Shown one piece after another: positions 49,996 to 63,118 of a stretch of 64,000 nucleotides of DNA (positions within the stretch are counted from its first letter, which is position 1; the number at the start of each line of letters is the position of its first letter). Source of the stretch: Okamejei kenojei (Eukaryota); the NCBI GenBank assembly GCA_035221665.1, contig CM069144.1, positions 61,814,001 through 61,878,000 of the forward strand. The letters are read 5' to 3'. The notes below the pieces were generated by a model. It was not told the origin of the DNA, ran no database searches, and was given only the letters and a program-made list of their open reading frames with translations. Both the position numbers and the translations under genes were made by a program.

Positions 49996-50122
49996 CATCA
50001 AAAACACGCAGGGTTCGTCATGTTGGTTCTGAAGCCTGGACTGCAACTGCACATGAAACTTCCGATTGTGTTGGTGCAAATTTGTTGGCATTTGGAGGTA
50101 TTGGTTGCTCATTCATTGATGT
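49996..50122 (-). pseudogene. cbEGF pseudo-exon C2
   Basis: 127 nt; same TGA at Cys1 and same +1 nt near Cys6 as C1; Cys3 intact. Confidence 0.85.
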
Positions 50123-50283
50123 CTAGGTGAATATACCCATTATTTCATTTTACAACTAAAAGCTGAACGTCAAATTTCATCACATTTTTAATATATCATC
50201 ATGTTATCTTGTGTGTCAAAGTGCTCTTCCTAATGAATATAAATTTTATGTCCCCATAATTTTGAGAAAAGATGGAATGGAAC

Positions 50284-53200
50284 AGAAACAGGTGAATTTA
50301 TAATGGGAAACAAGCAGACCAGTTAAACAAGTACCTCACTAAAGAAGACACAATCTCCTAGAAATACTAGGGGACCGAGGATCTAGCGTGACGATGGACT
50401 GAAAGAAATTCACATAAAGGGCCTGTTCCACTGTATGCGGTAATTCAAGAGTTCTCCCGAGTTTCCCCCGATTCGAACTCTGAGAACTACAGTAATAGCC
50501 ATTCATAGGCACTCGGGGCTCTCGTGGACATTTTTCACAGTGCTGAAAAAACTTCACGAGTTACCGCGTTTCCCGAGTACCTGCCGTTAGCATTACGAAC
50601 CACTACGAGACACCCACGAGCTCCAGCGTAGCCGTTACGTACATTGTACGTACTTGCCACGAGTTAGAATTTTTTTTAACTCGGGAGAGCTCTTGAATTA
50701 CCTTGTACAGTGGAACAGGCACTTTAGTCATGAAATGGTATTAGGTAAACTGTTGGGACTGAAGGAAGATAAATCCCCATGGCTTGAATGTCTGCATCCT
50801 AGAATACTCAAGGAGGTGGCCCTACAAATTGTGGATGCATTGGTGATCATTTTCCAATGTTCTTTAAACTCTGGATCCGTTCCTGTGGACTGGAGGGTAG
50901 CTATGTAAAGGGGCTGTCCCATTGCGGCGACCTAATTGGTGAGTTTAGGAGAGTTTGAAAAAAAATCATGTTGAAGACCTCCTTCGACTATGTAGAAGAC
51001 TTTGTTTGACCTCCTTCGACTATGTTGATGACCAGCTTCGACTAGCTTCAGGAAAATTGGACACCGAATACTGGAGAGTGAAGACGACCTCCCTTCGACC
51101 TCCCTTTGACGATATTGAAGACTATCTACGACTACCTTCGACTACCTTTGACTACCTTTGACTGCCCTCGATTACCTATGAATAATATGCCAACCAACTA
51201 CGACATCGACTAAATCTATGAGTAAAAAAAGTATTGATTTTTTCCATGGCAACCTTTTTTTACTTGTGGGCAGTTTTCAACATGTTGAAAAATGCGCAGC
51301 GACCTAGCTGAGGCCTCGAGTATGCGGGGACTCTCGACCATGAAGGAGAGTTACAAAGACCTCCTAGGACCTCATGTCGACCATGCTGCGAGTATGAGTC
51401 GAGGGCAAACTCGCCAGAACTCGCCGCAGTGGGACAGCCCCTTTAAGAAAGGAGGGAGAGGGAAAACAGAGAATTATAGACCAGATATCCTGGTCTATAA
51501 TACATTGGTATTAGGGTAGATGCTTGAGACGATTATTAAAGATATAATAGCAGCGCATTTGGAAAGCAGTGACAGGATCGGTCAAAGTCAGCATGGATTT
51601 ATGAAGGGGATATCATGCTTGACTAATCTTCTGGAATTTTTTGAGGATGTAACAAGTAGAATGGAAAAGGGAGAGCCAGTGTATGTGGTTTATCTAGAGT
51701 TTCAAAAAGCCTTTGACAAGGTCTCACACAAGAGAGTGGCGGCGCTGCCCTGGCAGCAGCGGCTCACCTGCAGTCCGTCTGTTTTTCTTTTTTTTTGTTT
51801 TCTTGTCTTATTTTAGCGTTAATTTGAATTATTAAGCAGTTTATATGTGTGGGAGTAGTAGGAGAAACGTTTTTAGTCTCTTCCTTTTGGGGGGGACGCG
51901 ACTTTTCTTGTCGTATCCCCCATCTCCGTCTCCGTCTGCGCTGAGGCCTAACTGCGCTGACAGCCTCCAACTGCGACTGACCTCGAGGCTCTGGAGGCAG
52001 AGCCAGCCAGGACTTACCAGCGCGGGGCTGGCCGACTTCGGGGCTGTGGCAGGTTCAAGCGTTCCGGCGTTCCGGCGGCCAGACTCGGAGCTGTGGTGGC
52101 TTTCCGGTGGCGGTGGCGGTGGCGGCGGCAGCAACCTCGGAGGTTCGGCCACGGGCCCAGTGGACGACATTGTGGGAGCACGCAGGTCACAGGTTGGTGA
52201 CCTGTTTTTCCGGAGCTCCCGCGGCAACAGCTGCGTCCGCTGGACTGGAGGGCGGCAGCTTCGGCAGCTTCGACCGCCGCGGATTTGAACCAGCCCGCTC
52301 ACGGAGCGCGGTTCACCCACGGGACTTATTTACATCACCCGGTGCGGTCACAACATCGGACGCCCGGGTCGCCTCAGCGCAGAGGAAGAGGAAGAACAAG
52401 AAGGGAAGAGACAAAGACAAGATTTTTGCCTTCCATCACAGTGAGGATGTGTCTGGTGAACTCACTGTGGTGGATGTTAAATATGTGTTTATTGTGTGTT
52501 TTGTTATTTACTATATGTATGACTGCAGGCAACGAAATTTCGTTCAGACCACAAGGTCTGAATGACAATAAAGTTTTCCATGATTCCATGAAGAGATTAG
52601 TGTGCAAAATTAGAGCATATGATCTTGGGGGTAGGTATTCACATGGATAGAGAACTGGTTGGCAGACAGGAAGCAAAGAGTAGGAATTAATGGGTCCTTT
52701 TCAGAATGGCAGACAGTGGCTAGTGGGATGCCGCAAGGCTCAGTGATGGGACCCCAGTATTTATATTTAGACAAAGGAATTAAATGTAACATCTCCAAGT
52801 TTGCGGGTGACACAAAGCTGGGGGCAATGTGAGCTGCGAGGAGGATGCTATGCAAAGTGACTTGGATAGGTTGGATGAATGGGCAGATGCATGGCAGATG
52901 CAGTATACTGTGGATAATGTGAGGTTTTCCACTTTGCTGGCAAGAACAAGAAGGCAGGTTATTGGCTGAATGGTGTCAGATTAGAAGGGGAGGTGCAACG
53001 AGACCCATATCTCCTTGTGCATCAGACACTGAAGGTAAGCACGCAGGTACAGCAGGCAGTGAAGAAAGCAAATGAAAGTTGGCCTTCATAGCGATAAAAT
53101 TTGAGTATAGGAGCAAGGAAGTCCTACTGCAGTTGTACAGGGCCTTGGTGAGACCGCACCTGGACTATTGTGTACAGTTTTGGTCTCCTAATTTGAGGAA

Positions 53201-53667
53201 GGACATTCTTGCTATTGAAGAAGTGCAGCGTAGGTTCACCAGGTTAATTCCTGGGATGGTAGGATTGACATACAATGAAACACTGGCATTTAGATGGATG
53301 AGAGGATTATTGTGAAACATATATTCTTAAGGGATTGGACAGGCTAGATGCAGGAAAAATGTTCCCCATGTTGGGGGAGTCCAGAACCAGAGGTCACAGT
53401 TCTCCTTGAGACTCACAGGTGGAAAAATGTTTTCCGCCAGAGATATATGAATCTGTGGAATTCTATGCCATTGAAGACAGTGGAGACTTTGGATGTATTC
53501 AAGAAAGAGTTATATATAGTTCTTATGGCTAACAGAATCAAGGGATATGGGGAAAAAGCAGGAACAATGCACTGATTCTGGATGATCAGCCATAATCATA
53601 TTGAATGGTGGTTCTGGCTCAAAGGGCCAAATGGCCTGCTCCTTCACCCATTTTCTATGTTTCTATG
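50284..53667 (+). mobile_element. Decayed CR1 with nested MITE 1 (50418-50723), MITE 2 (50909-51442) and GC-rich retroposon (51736-52590)
   Basis: Paralog of 3493-6883. Confidence 0.9.
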
Positions 53668-53927
53668 AAATAGGATCACGTGATAAAGGAGCAAGAGTAC
53701 TGGCTGTTTTAAAAAGGTATTTTACACCGACAATTAAATAATGGAAAAAAAAACCCGACCGTTAAATAAAATAATTATGTCACAAATATAATATCCAATT
53801 TTGAAAGGATGTGGTAAGAGATTAATTATTGAAGGCAAACAACCAAAATGAACTCCAGGATGGGAAATGCCATCAGATAATCCATTGGAGAATGCCATCA
53901 GATATTGCATTTTTGACAGCTTCCTAC

Positions 53928-54053
53928 CATCACAAAGCGCCGGGTTGGTTACATTGGTTCTGAAGCCTGAACCACAACTGCACGTGAAGCTTCCGATTGT
54001 GTTGTTGCAGATTTGTTGGCATTTGGAGGTGTTGGTTGCACATTCATTGATAT
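53928..54053 (-). CDS. cbEGF domain exon A4 ([42 protein letters not shown])
   Basis: 126 nt, AG/GT bounded, phase 1-1, within ORF 53734..54105. Confidence 0.9.
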
Positions 54054-55429
54054 CTAGGAGAAAATGCCCCATTATTTCATTTTTCAACAAAAAGCTGAAC
54101 GTCAAATTTCATCACATTTTTAATATATCATCATGCTATCTTGTGTCAAAGTGCTCTTCCTAATGAAAATACAATTTATTTCTCCATAACATTGATTCAG
54201 CACAATCATTTTAATTGAAGTCTGAAATGAAATTGATCCTAGCACACAAGCTCACAGCAAATCATCATAAATCTCCAGTTAATAAACTTGCCAGATAATC
54301 GTTGTTGAATGAAGACCTGTAGATTATGTAGGTCAAATGTAGGTGGCGTGGAGAAGAGAGCAGTGGGCAGCGAGGAGAGGAATAGAAGAAAAGAGAAAGG
54401 GGGTGAATACCAGGTACCGACTGATAAAGTTGGGAGTACTTGACCAACATACCGTTTGGTAAAGGGATTGCATTGCAGAGGAGCTGACTGTATGATGGGG
54501 GAGCGAGAGACCCTCAGACTGGATGGCGTGAAGGGCAGAGAACTACAAGCTATAGGATTGTATGACAAGCAGTAAGGAGGTAACATGGAGACAGATTGCA
54601 TAATGTTTAGTGTTAAGGGTTTGATATGAGGCCGTCATTTAAAATGGAAGAAGCTGGAGATGAATTGGGAACTTTCTGATTGCACAGAGGTGGGACTGAA
54701 ATAGGACACATGATTACAGGGTGCTGGGGTTGGGAGCGTTGGTGCAGTGAATGAACTAGAATGAGTAGTTGACTTGCCTGGGAGGAATAACAGTTTTAAC
54801 ATCATCATAAAATCTATTTGGTCACTTTTGGAACAAGGTGATCCAAGTTCACCTGCAATATTTAAAAAGCAGCATGCAATGGAGATTAACAAATGTAATA
54901 AAATAGATTTGTGCACAGTTTGACATATTAGTCACACATTGATCAATATCTGAAGGAAACAATCCAATCACACCAGACTCAAACAAAAACAAAACTGCTG
55001 GAAGATCCCAACCAGTCAAGTGGCTTCTGTGAAAATAGAGACCAGTTGGCATTTTGGTTCAATGATCCTTTCTCAGGATGAGGTTAGAGTGGGGGTTTAC
55101 AGTTTTAAAAGCAGAGCCAGAGGAAGGAGTGGTGTGTTAGAGAAAAGATGGAAATGAAATAGGATTAGGTGTTAAAGGAGCAAGCATACAAGCGTTAGCA
55201 AGGTATTTTACAAATACAATTGAAAAATGAACAAATGCCTGATCATTAAATAAAATAATGATGCAGCAAATATTTAACCTAATTTCAAATGGTTGTGGTA
55301 AGTGATTAACTGTTGAAGATAAACATGTTGCCTTAAAAACAATCAAAGTGAACCCTCGAATCAGAAATCCCCTAAGCTAATCCATTGGAGAATGCCATCA
55401 GATAGTCTGCATGTTTGACAGCTTCCTAC

Positions 55430-55555
55430 CATCACAAAGCGCAGGGTCGTTCACATTGGTGCTGAAGCCTGGACCACAACTGCACATAAAGCTTCCGATT
55501 GTGTTGGTGCAGATTTGTTGACATTTGGAGGTGTTGGTTGCACATTCATCGATGT
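55430..55555 (-). CDS. cbEGF domain exon B4 ([42 protein letters not shown])
   Basis: 126 nt, AG/GT bounded, phase 1-1. Confidence 0.88.
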
Positions 55556-55835
55556 CTAGGACAAAATAACCCATTATTTCATTTTACAACAAATACTGAA
55601 CATGCCAAATTTCATCACATTTCTAATATATCATCATGCTAAATTGTGTGTCAAAGTCCTCTTCCTAATGAATAGAAATGTTATTTCTCCATAACATTAA
55701 TTTAGCACAATCATTTTAATTGAAGTCTGAAATAAAATCGATCCGACCACACAAGCTCACAGCAAATGATCATGAATATCCAGTTAATAATTTTACCAGA
55801 TAACCATTGCTGAATGAAGACCTGTAGATTATGTA

Positions 55836-56251
55836 CAGTGCCCTCCCTAATGTTTGGGACAAAGAACGATCATTTATTTATTTGCCTCTGTACTCCACAA
55901 TTTGAGATTTTTAATAGAAAAAAAATCACATGTGATTAAAGTGCACATTGTCAGATTTTAATAAAGGCCATTTTTATATATTTTGGTTTCACCATGTAGA
56001 AATTACAGCAGTGTTTATACATAGTCCCCCCATTTCAGGGCACCATAATGTTTGGGACATAGCAATGTCATGTAAATTAAAGTAGTCATGTTTAATATTT
56101 TGTTGCATATCCCTTGTATGCAATGACTGCTTGAAGTCTCCAATTCATGGACATCACCAGTTGCTGGGTGTCTTCTCTGGTGATGGCTCTGCCAGGCCTG
56201 CATTGCAGCCATCTTTAGCTTTTGCTTGTTTTGGGGGGGTCGTCCCCTTCA
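55836..56251 (-). mobile_element. Tc1 end truncated at the same deletion junction as 3078-3492
   Basis: Junction ccccttcagtgaatttataat is identical to the one at 3491. Confidence 0.85.
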
Positions 56252-59200
56252 GTGAATTTATAATGGGAAACAAGCAGACCAGTTAAACAAGTACTTCACT
56301 AAAGAAGACACAATCTCCTAGAAATACTAGGGGACCAAGGATCTAGCGTGACGATGGACTGAAAGAAATTCACATAAAGGGCCTGTTCCACTGTATGCGG
56401 TAATTCAAGAGTTCTCCCGAGTTTCCCCCGATTCGAACTCTGAGAACTACAGTAATAGCCATTCATAGGCACTCGGGGCTCTCGTGGACATTTTTCACAG
56501 TGCTGAAAAAACTTCACGAGTTACCGCGTTTCCCGAGTACCTGCCATTAGCATTACGAACCACTACGAGATACCCACGAGCTCCAGCGTAGCCGTTACGT
56601 ACATTGTACGTACTTGCCACGAGTTAGAATTTTTTTTAACTCGGGAGAGCTCTTGAATTACCTCGTACAGTGGGACAGGCCCTTTAGTCATGAAATGGTA
56701 TTAGGTAAACTGTTTGGACTGAAGGAAGATAAATCCCCATGGCTTGATGGTCTGCATCCTAGAATACTCAAGGAGGTGGCCCTAGAAATTGTGGATGCAT
56801 TGGTGATCATTTTCCAATGTTCTTTAAACTCTGGATCCGTTCCTGTGGACTGGAGGGTAGCTATGTAAAGGGGCTGTCCCATTGCGGCGACCTAATTGGT
56901 GAGTTTAGGAGAGTTTGAAAAAAAATCATGTTGAAGACCTCCTTCGACTATGTAGAAGACTTTGTTTGACCTCCTTCGACTATGTTTGATGACCAGCTTC
57001 GACTAGCTTCAGGAAAATTGGACACCGAATACTGGAGAGTGAAGACAATCTATCTACAACCTCCCTTCGACCTCCCTTTGACGATATTGAAGACTATCTA
57101 CGACTACCTTCGACTACCTTTGATTACCTTTGACTGCCCTCGATTACCTATGAATAATATGCCAACCAACTACGACATCGACTAAATCTATGAGTAAAAA
57201 AAGGATTGATTTTTTCCATGGCAACCTTTTTTTACTCGTGGGCAGTTTTCAACATGTTGAAAAATACGCAGCGACCTAGCTGAGGCTTCGAGTACGCGGG
57301 GACTCTCGACCATGAAGGAGAGTTACAAAGACCTCCTAGGACCTCATGTCGACCATGCTGTGAGTATGAGGCGAGGGCAAACTCGCCAGAACTCGCCGCA
57401 GTGGGACAGCCCCTTTAAGAAAGGAGGGAGAGGGAAAACTGAGAATTATAGACCAGATATCCTGGTCTATAATACATTGGTATTAGGGTAGATGCTTGAG
57501 ACGATTATTAAAGATATAATAGCAGCGCATTTGGAAAGCAGTGACAGGATCGGTCAAAGTCAGCATGGATTTATGAAGGGGATATCATGCTTGACTAATC
57601 TTCTGGAATTTTTTGAGGACGTAACAAGTAGAATGGATAAGGGAGAGCCAGTGTATGTGGTTTATCTAGAGTTTCAAAAAGCCTTTGACAGAGTGGCGGC
57701 GCTGCCCTGGCAGCAGCGGCTCACCTGCAGTCCGTCTGTTTTTCTTTTTTTTGTTTTCTTGTCTTATTTTAGCGTTAATTTGAGTTATTAAGCAGTTTAT
57801 GTGTGTGGGAGTGGTGGGAGAAACGTTTTTAGTCTCTTCCTTTTGGGGGGGACGCGACTTTTCTTGTCGTATCCCCCATCTCCGTCTCCGTCTGCGCTGA
57901 GGCCTAACTGCGCTGACAGCCTCCAACTGCGACTGACCTCGAGGCTCTGGAGGCAGAGCCAGCCAGGACTTACCAGCGCGGGGCTGGCCGACTTCGGGGC
58001 TGTGGCAGGTTCAAGCGTTCCGGCGTTCCGGTGGCCCGACTCGGAGCTGTGGTGGTTTTTCGGTGGCGGCAGCAGCGACTTCGGAGGTTCGGCCGCGGGC
58101 CCAGTGGACAACATCGAGGGGAGCTCGCAGGTCACAGGTTGGTGACCTGTTTTTCCGGAGCTCCTGCGGCAACAGCTGCGTCCGCTGGACTGGAGGGCGG
58201 CAGCTTCGGCAGCTTCGACCGCCGCGGATTTGAACCAGCCCGCTCACGGAGCGCGGTTCACCCACGGGACTTATTTACATCACCCGGTGCGGTCACAACA
58301 TCGGACGCCCGGGTCGCCTCAGCGCAGAGGAAGAGGAAGAACAAGAAGGGAAGAGACAAAGACAAGATTTTTGCCTTCCATCACAGTGAGGAGGTGTCTG
58401 GTGAACTCACTGTGGTGGATGTTTAATATGTGTTTATTGTGTGTTTTGTTATTTACTATATGTATGACTGCATGCAACAAAATTTCGTTCAGACCACAAG
58501 GTCTGAATGACAATAAAGTTTTCCATGATTCCATGAAGAGATTAGTGTGCAAAATTAGAGCATATGATCTTGGGGGTAGGTATTCACATGGATAGAGAAC
58601 TGGTTGGCAGAGAGGAAGCAAAGAGTAGGAATTAATGGGTCCTTTTCAGAATGGCAGACAGTGGCTAGTGGGATGTCGCAAGGCTCAGTGATGGGACCCC
58701 ATTATTTATATTTAGACAAAGGAATTAAATGTAACATCTCCAGGTTTGCGGGTGACACAAAGCTGGGGGCAATGTGAGCTGCGAGGAGGATGCTATGCAA
58801 AGTGACTTGGATAGGTTCGATGAGTGGGCAGATGCATGGCAGATGCAGTATACTGTGGATAATGTGAGGTTTTCCACTTTGCTGGCAAGAACAAGAAGGC
58901 AGGTTATTGTCTGAATGGTGTCAGATTAGAAGGGGAGGTGCAACGAGACCCATATCTCCTTGTGCATCAGACACTGAAGGTAAACACGCAGGTACAGCAG
59001 GCAGTGAAGAAAGCAAATGAAAGTTGGCCTTCATAGCGAGAAAATTTGAGTATAGGAGCAAGGAAGTCCTACTGCAGTTGTACAGGGCCTTGGTGAGACC
59101 GCACCTGGACTATTGTGTACAGTTTTGGTCTCCTAATTTGAGGAAGGACATTCTTGCTATTGAAGAAGTGCAGCGTAGGTTCACCAGGTTAATTCCTGGG

Positions 59201-59612
59201 ATGGCAGGATTGACATACAATGAAACACTGGCATTTAGATGGATGAGAGGATTATTGTGAAACATATATTCTTAAGGGATTGGACGGGCTAGATGCAGGA
59301 AAAATGTTCCCCATGTTGGGGGAGTCCAGGACCAGAGGTCACAGTTCTCAATGAGACTCACAGGTGGAAAAACGTTTTCCGCCAGAGAGATATGAATCTG
59401 TGGAATTCTATGCCATTGAAGACAGTGGAGACTTTGGATGTATTCAAGAAAGAATTAGATATAGTTCTTATGGCTAACAGAATCAAGGGATATGGGGAAA
59501 AAGCAGGAACAATGTACTGATTCTGGATGATCAGCCATAATCATATTGAATGGAGGTTCTGACTCAAATGGCCAAATGGCCTGCTCCTTTACCCATTTTC
59601 TATGTTTCTATG
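56252..59612 (+). mobile_element. Decayed CR1 with nested MITE 1 (56378-56683), MITE 2 (56869-57414) and GC-rich retroposon (~57693-58535)
   Basis: Paralog of 3493-6883. Confidence 0.9.
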
Positions 59613-59869
59613 AAATAGGATCACGAGATAAAGGAGCAAGAGTACTGGCTGTTAGAAAGGTATTTTACACCGAAAATTAAATAATGAAAAAAAAACCCGA
59701 CTGTTAAATAAAATAATTATGTCACAAATATAATATCCAATTTTGAAAGGATGTGGTAAGAGATTAATTATTGAAGGCAAACAACGAAAATGAACTCCAG
59801 GATGGGAAATGCCATCAGATAATCCATTGGAGAATGCCATCAGATATTGCATTTTTGACAGCTTCCTAC

Positions 59870-59995
59870 CATCACAAAGCGCCGGGTTGGTTACGTTGGT
59901 TCTGAAGCCTGAACCACAACTGCACGTGAAGCTTCCGTTTGTGTTCTTGCAGATTTGTTGGCATTTGGAGGTGTTGGTTGCACATTCATTGATAT
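59870..59995 (-). CDS. cbEGF domain exon A5 ([42 protein letters not shown])
   Basis: 126 nt, AG/GT bounded, phase 1-1, within ORF 59652..60047. Confidence 0.9.
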
Positions 59996-61585
59996 CTAGG
60001 AGAAAATGCCCCATTATTTCATTTTTCAACAAAAAGCTGAACGTCAAATTTCATCACATTTTTAATATATCATCATGCTTTCTTGTGTCAAAGTGCTCTT
60101 CCTAATGAAAATACAATTTATTTCTCCATAACATTGATTCAGCACAATCATTTTAATTGAAGTCTGAAATGAAATTGATCCTACCACACAAGCTCACAGC
60201 AAATCATCATAAATCTCCAGTTAATAAATTTGCCAGATAACCGTTGTTGAATGAAGACCTGTAGATTATGTAGGTCAAATAGAACCACAAGGTGGAATAT
60301 TTGCAGAGAGATTCTGATGCACTCTCATGGATATTTTAACCATTCCAGTCATTGGATTCTAGCCACCAGATTCAGATCCGACTCGTACGGTGTTACATCT
60401 TTTCCACATTGAAATGTGTCTCCAGGACTCCATTGAGCGAGGCTAGTTTGAGGATGCCTAACGTCACGTATCCAGTTAGACCAACGATGTGGCGTGGAGA
60501 AGAGAGCAGTGGGCAGCGAGGAGAGGAGGAGAGGAATGGAAGAAAAGAGAAAGGGGGTGAATATCAGGTACCGACTGATAAAGTTGGGAGTACTTGACCA
60601 ACATACCGTTTGGTAAAGGGATTGCATTGCAGAGGAGCTGACTGTATGATGGGGGAGCGAGAGACCCTCAGACTGGATGGCGTGAAGGGCAGAGAACTAC
60701 AAGCTATAGCATTGCATGACAAGCAGTAAGGAGGTAACATGGAGGCAGATTACATAATGTTCAGTGCTCAGAGTTCGATATGAGGCCATCATGTAAAATG
60801 TAGGAAGCTGGAGATGAATTGGGAACTTTCTGATTGCACAGAGGTGGGACTGAAATAGGACACATGATTACAGGGTGCTGGGGTTGGGAGCTTTGGTGCA
60901 GTGAATGAACTAGAATGAGTAGTTGACTTGCCTGGGAGGAATAACAGTGTAACATCATCATAAAATCTATTTGGTCACTTTTGGAACAAGGTGATCCAAG
61001 TTCACCTACAATATTTAAAAAGCATCATGCAATGGAGATTTACAAATGTAATAAAATAGATTTGTGCACAGTTTGACACATTAGTCACACATTGATCAAT
61101 ATCTGAAGGAAACAATCCAATCACACTAGACTCAAACAAAAACAAAACTGCTGGAAGACCCCAACCAGTCAAGTGGCTTCTGTGAAAATAGAGACCAGTT
61201 GGCATTTTGGTTCAATGATCCTTTCTCAGGATGAAGGTTATAGTGGGGGGTTTACAGTTTTAAAAGCAGAGCCAGAGAAAGGAGTGGTGTGTTAGAGAAA
61301 AGATGGAAATGAAATAGGATCAGGTGTTAAAAGGAGCAAGCATACAAGCGTTAGCAAGGTATTTTACAAATACAATTGAAAAATGAACAAAAGCCTGATC
61401 ATTAAATAAAATAATGATGCAGCAAATATTTAACCTAATTTCAAATGGTTGTGGTAAGTGATTAACTGTTGAAGATAAACATGTTGCCTTAAAAACAATC
61501 AAAGTGAACCCTCGAATCAGAAATCCCCTAAGCTAATCCATTGGAGAATGCCATCAGATAGTCTGCATGTTTGACAGCTTCCTAC

Positions 61586-61711
61586 CATCACAAAGTGCAG
61601 GGTTGTTCACATTAATGCTGAAGCCTGGACCACAACTGCACATGAAGCTTCCGATTGTGTTGGTGCAGTTTTGTTGACATTTGGAGGTGTTGGTTGCACA
61701 TTCATCGATGT
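61586..61711 (-). CDS. cbEGF domain exon B5 ([42 protein letters not shown])
   Basis: 126 nt, AG/GT bounded, phase 1-1. Confidence 0.88.
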
Positions 61712-61991
61712 CTAGGACAAAATAACCCATTATTTCATTTTACAACAAATACTGAACATGCCAAATTTCATCACATTTCTAATATATCATCATGCTAAAT
61801 TGTGTGTCAAAGTCCTCTTCCTAATGAATAGAAATGTTATTTCTCCATAACATTAATTTAGCACAATCATTTTAATTGAAGTCTGAAATAAAATCGATCC
61901 GACCACACAAGCTCACAGCAAATGATCATGAATATCCAGTTAATAATTTTACCAGATAACCATTGCTGAATGAAGACCTGTAGATTATGTA

Positions 61992-62812
61992 CAGTGCCCT
62001 CCCTAATGTTTGGGACATATTTTGTTGCATATCCCTTGTATGTAATGATTGCTTGAAGTCTCCAATTCATGGACATCGCCAGTTGCTGGGTGTCTTCTCT
62101 GGTGATGCTCTGCCAGGCCTGTATTGCAGCCATCTTTAGCTTTTGCTTGTTTTGGGGGGGTCGTCCCCTTCAGTTTTCTCTTCAGCATATAAAAGGCATG
62201 CTCAATAGGGTTCAGATCGGGTGACTTGGCCACTCAAGAATTGACCCATTTTTAGCTTTGAAAAACTCCTTTGTTGCTTTAGCAGTATGCTTTGGATCAT
62301 TGTCTTGCTATAGAATGAACCACTGGCCAATTAGTTTTGAGGCATTTGTTTGAACTTGAGCAGATAGGATGTGTCGATACACTTCAGTATTCATTATGCT
62401 ACTACCAACAACAGTTGTATCATCAATGAAGATAACTGAGCCAGTTCCTTCAGCAGCCATGCATGCCCAGGCCATAACACCTCCATCACTCTGTTTCACA
62501 GCTGAGGTAGTATGCTTTGGATCATGGCAGTTCCTTCTATCCTCCATACGTTGCTCATGCCATTACTCTGATATGTTAATCTTCATCTCATCTGTCCGAA
62601 ATACCTTTTTTTTCCCAGAACTGTGCTTACTCTTTTAAGTACTTCTTTCAAAATGTAACCTGGCCATCCTAATTTTGCGACTAACCAGTTTGCATCTTGC
62701 AGTTTAGCCTCTATATTTCTGTTCATGACGTTTTCTGCGGGCAGTGGTCATTGATAAATCCACACCTGACTCATGTAGAGTGTTTCTGATCTGTCGTATA
62801 GGTGTTTGTGGA
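61992..62812 (-). mobile_element. Tc1-like remnant with most of the long inverted repeat deleted
   Basis: [11 protein letters not shown] and GGVMAWACM transposase motifs (ORFs 62003..62233, 62308..62547). Confidence 0.88.
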
Positions 62813-63118
62813 TTTTACTTCGGAGTCACGTGAGTGATTCCGTGAAGAAGCCCATTAGTTCGCATGTGCGTCATTACGTCTAACGCATGGCACAACAACG
62901 ATGGCATAACGCATGTAGCTCCACGCCTGCCAGCATTTTAAAAACCCTCAGGTAAGTGTTTAAAACTTAGTTGAGGTCGTTTCCTTGGGTTCTGTTACAG
63001 GGCCAAGTTCGATCCAATTGAGAAAATGACTAAGGTGAGGTCGAGGCGGGCCACCGGGAGAGCAGCTATGGAAGACCGCGGGAGTGCAGGTAGCGGGCGG
63101 CCATCTATCTTGCCTTTG
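62813..63118 (+). mobile_element. DIRS 5' end only, truncated by a deletion junction
   Basis: ttttacttcggagtcacgtg start; fuses at 'gag' into the A-B intron (gagaccctcag). Confidence 0.8.

Noticed and set aside
7158-61711. Assigning a gene symbol (FBN, FBLN, SCUBE, HMCN, ADGRE, MUC4-like)
   Set aside because: Only generic cbEGF repeats are visible; no diagnostic domain or synteny in the window
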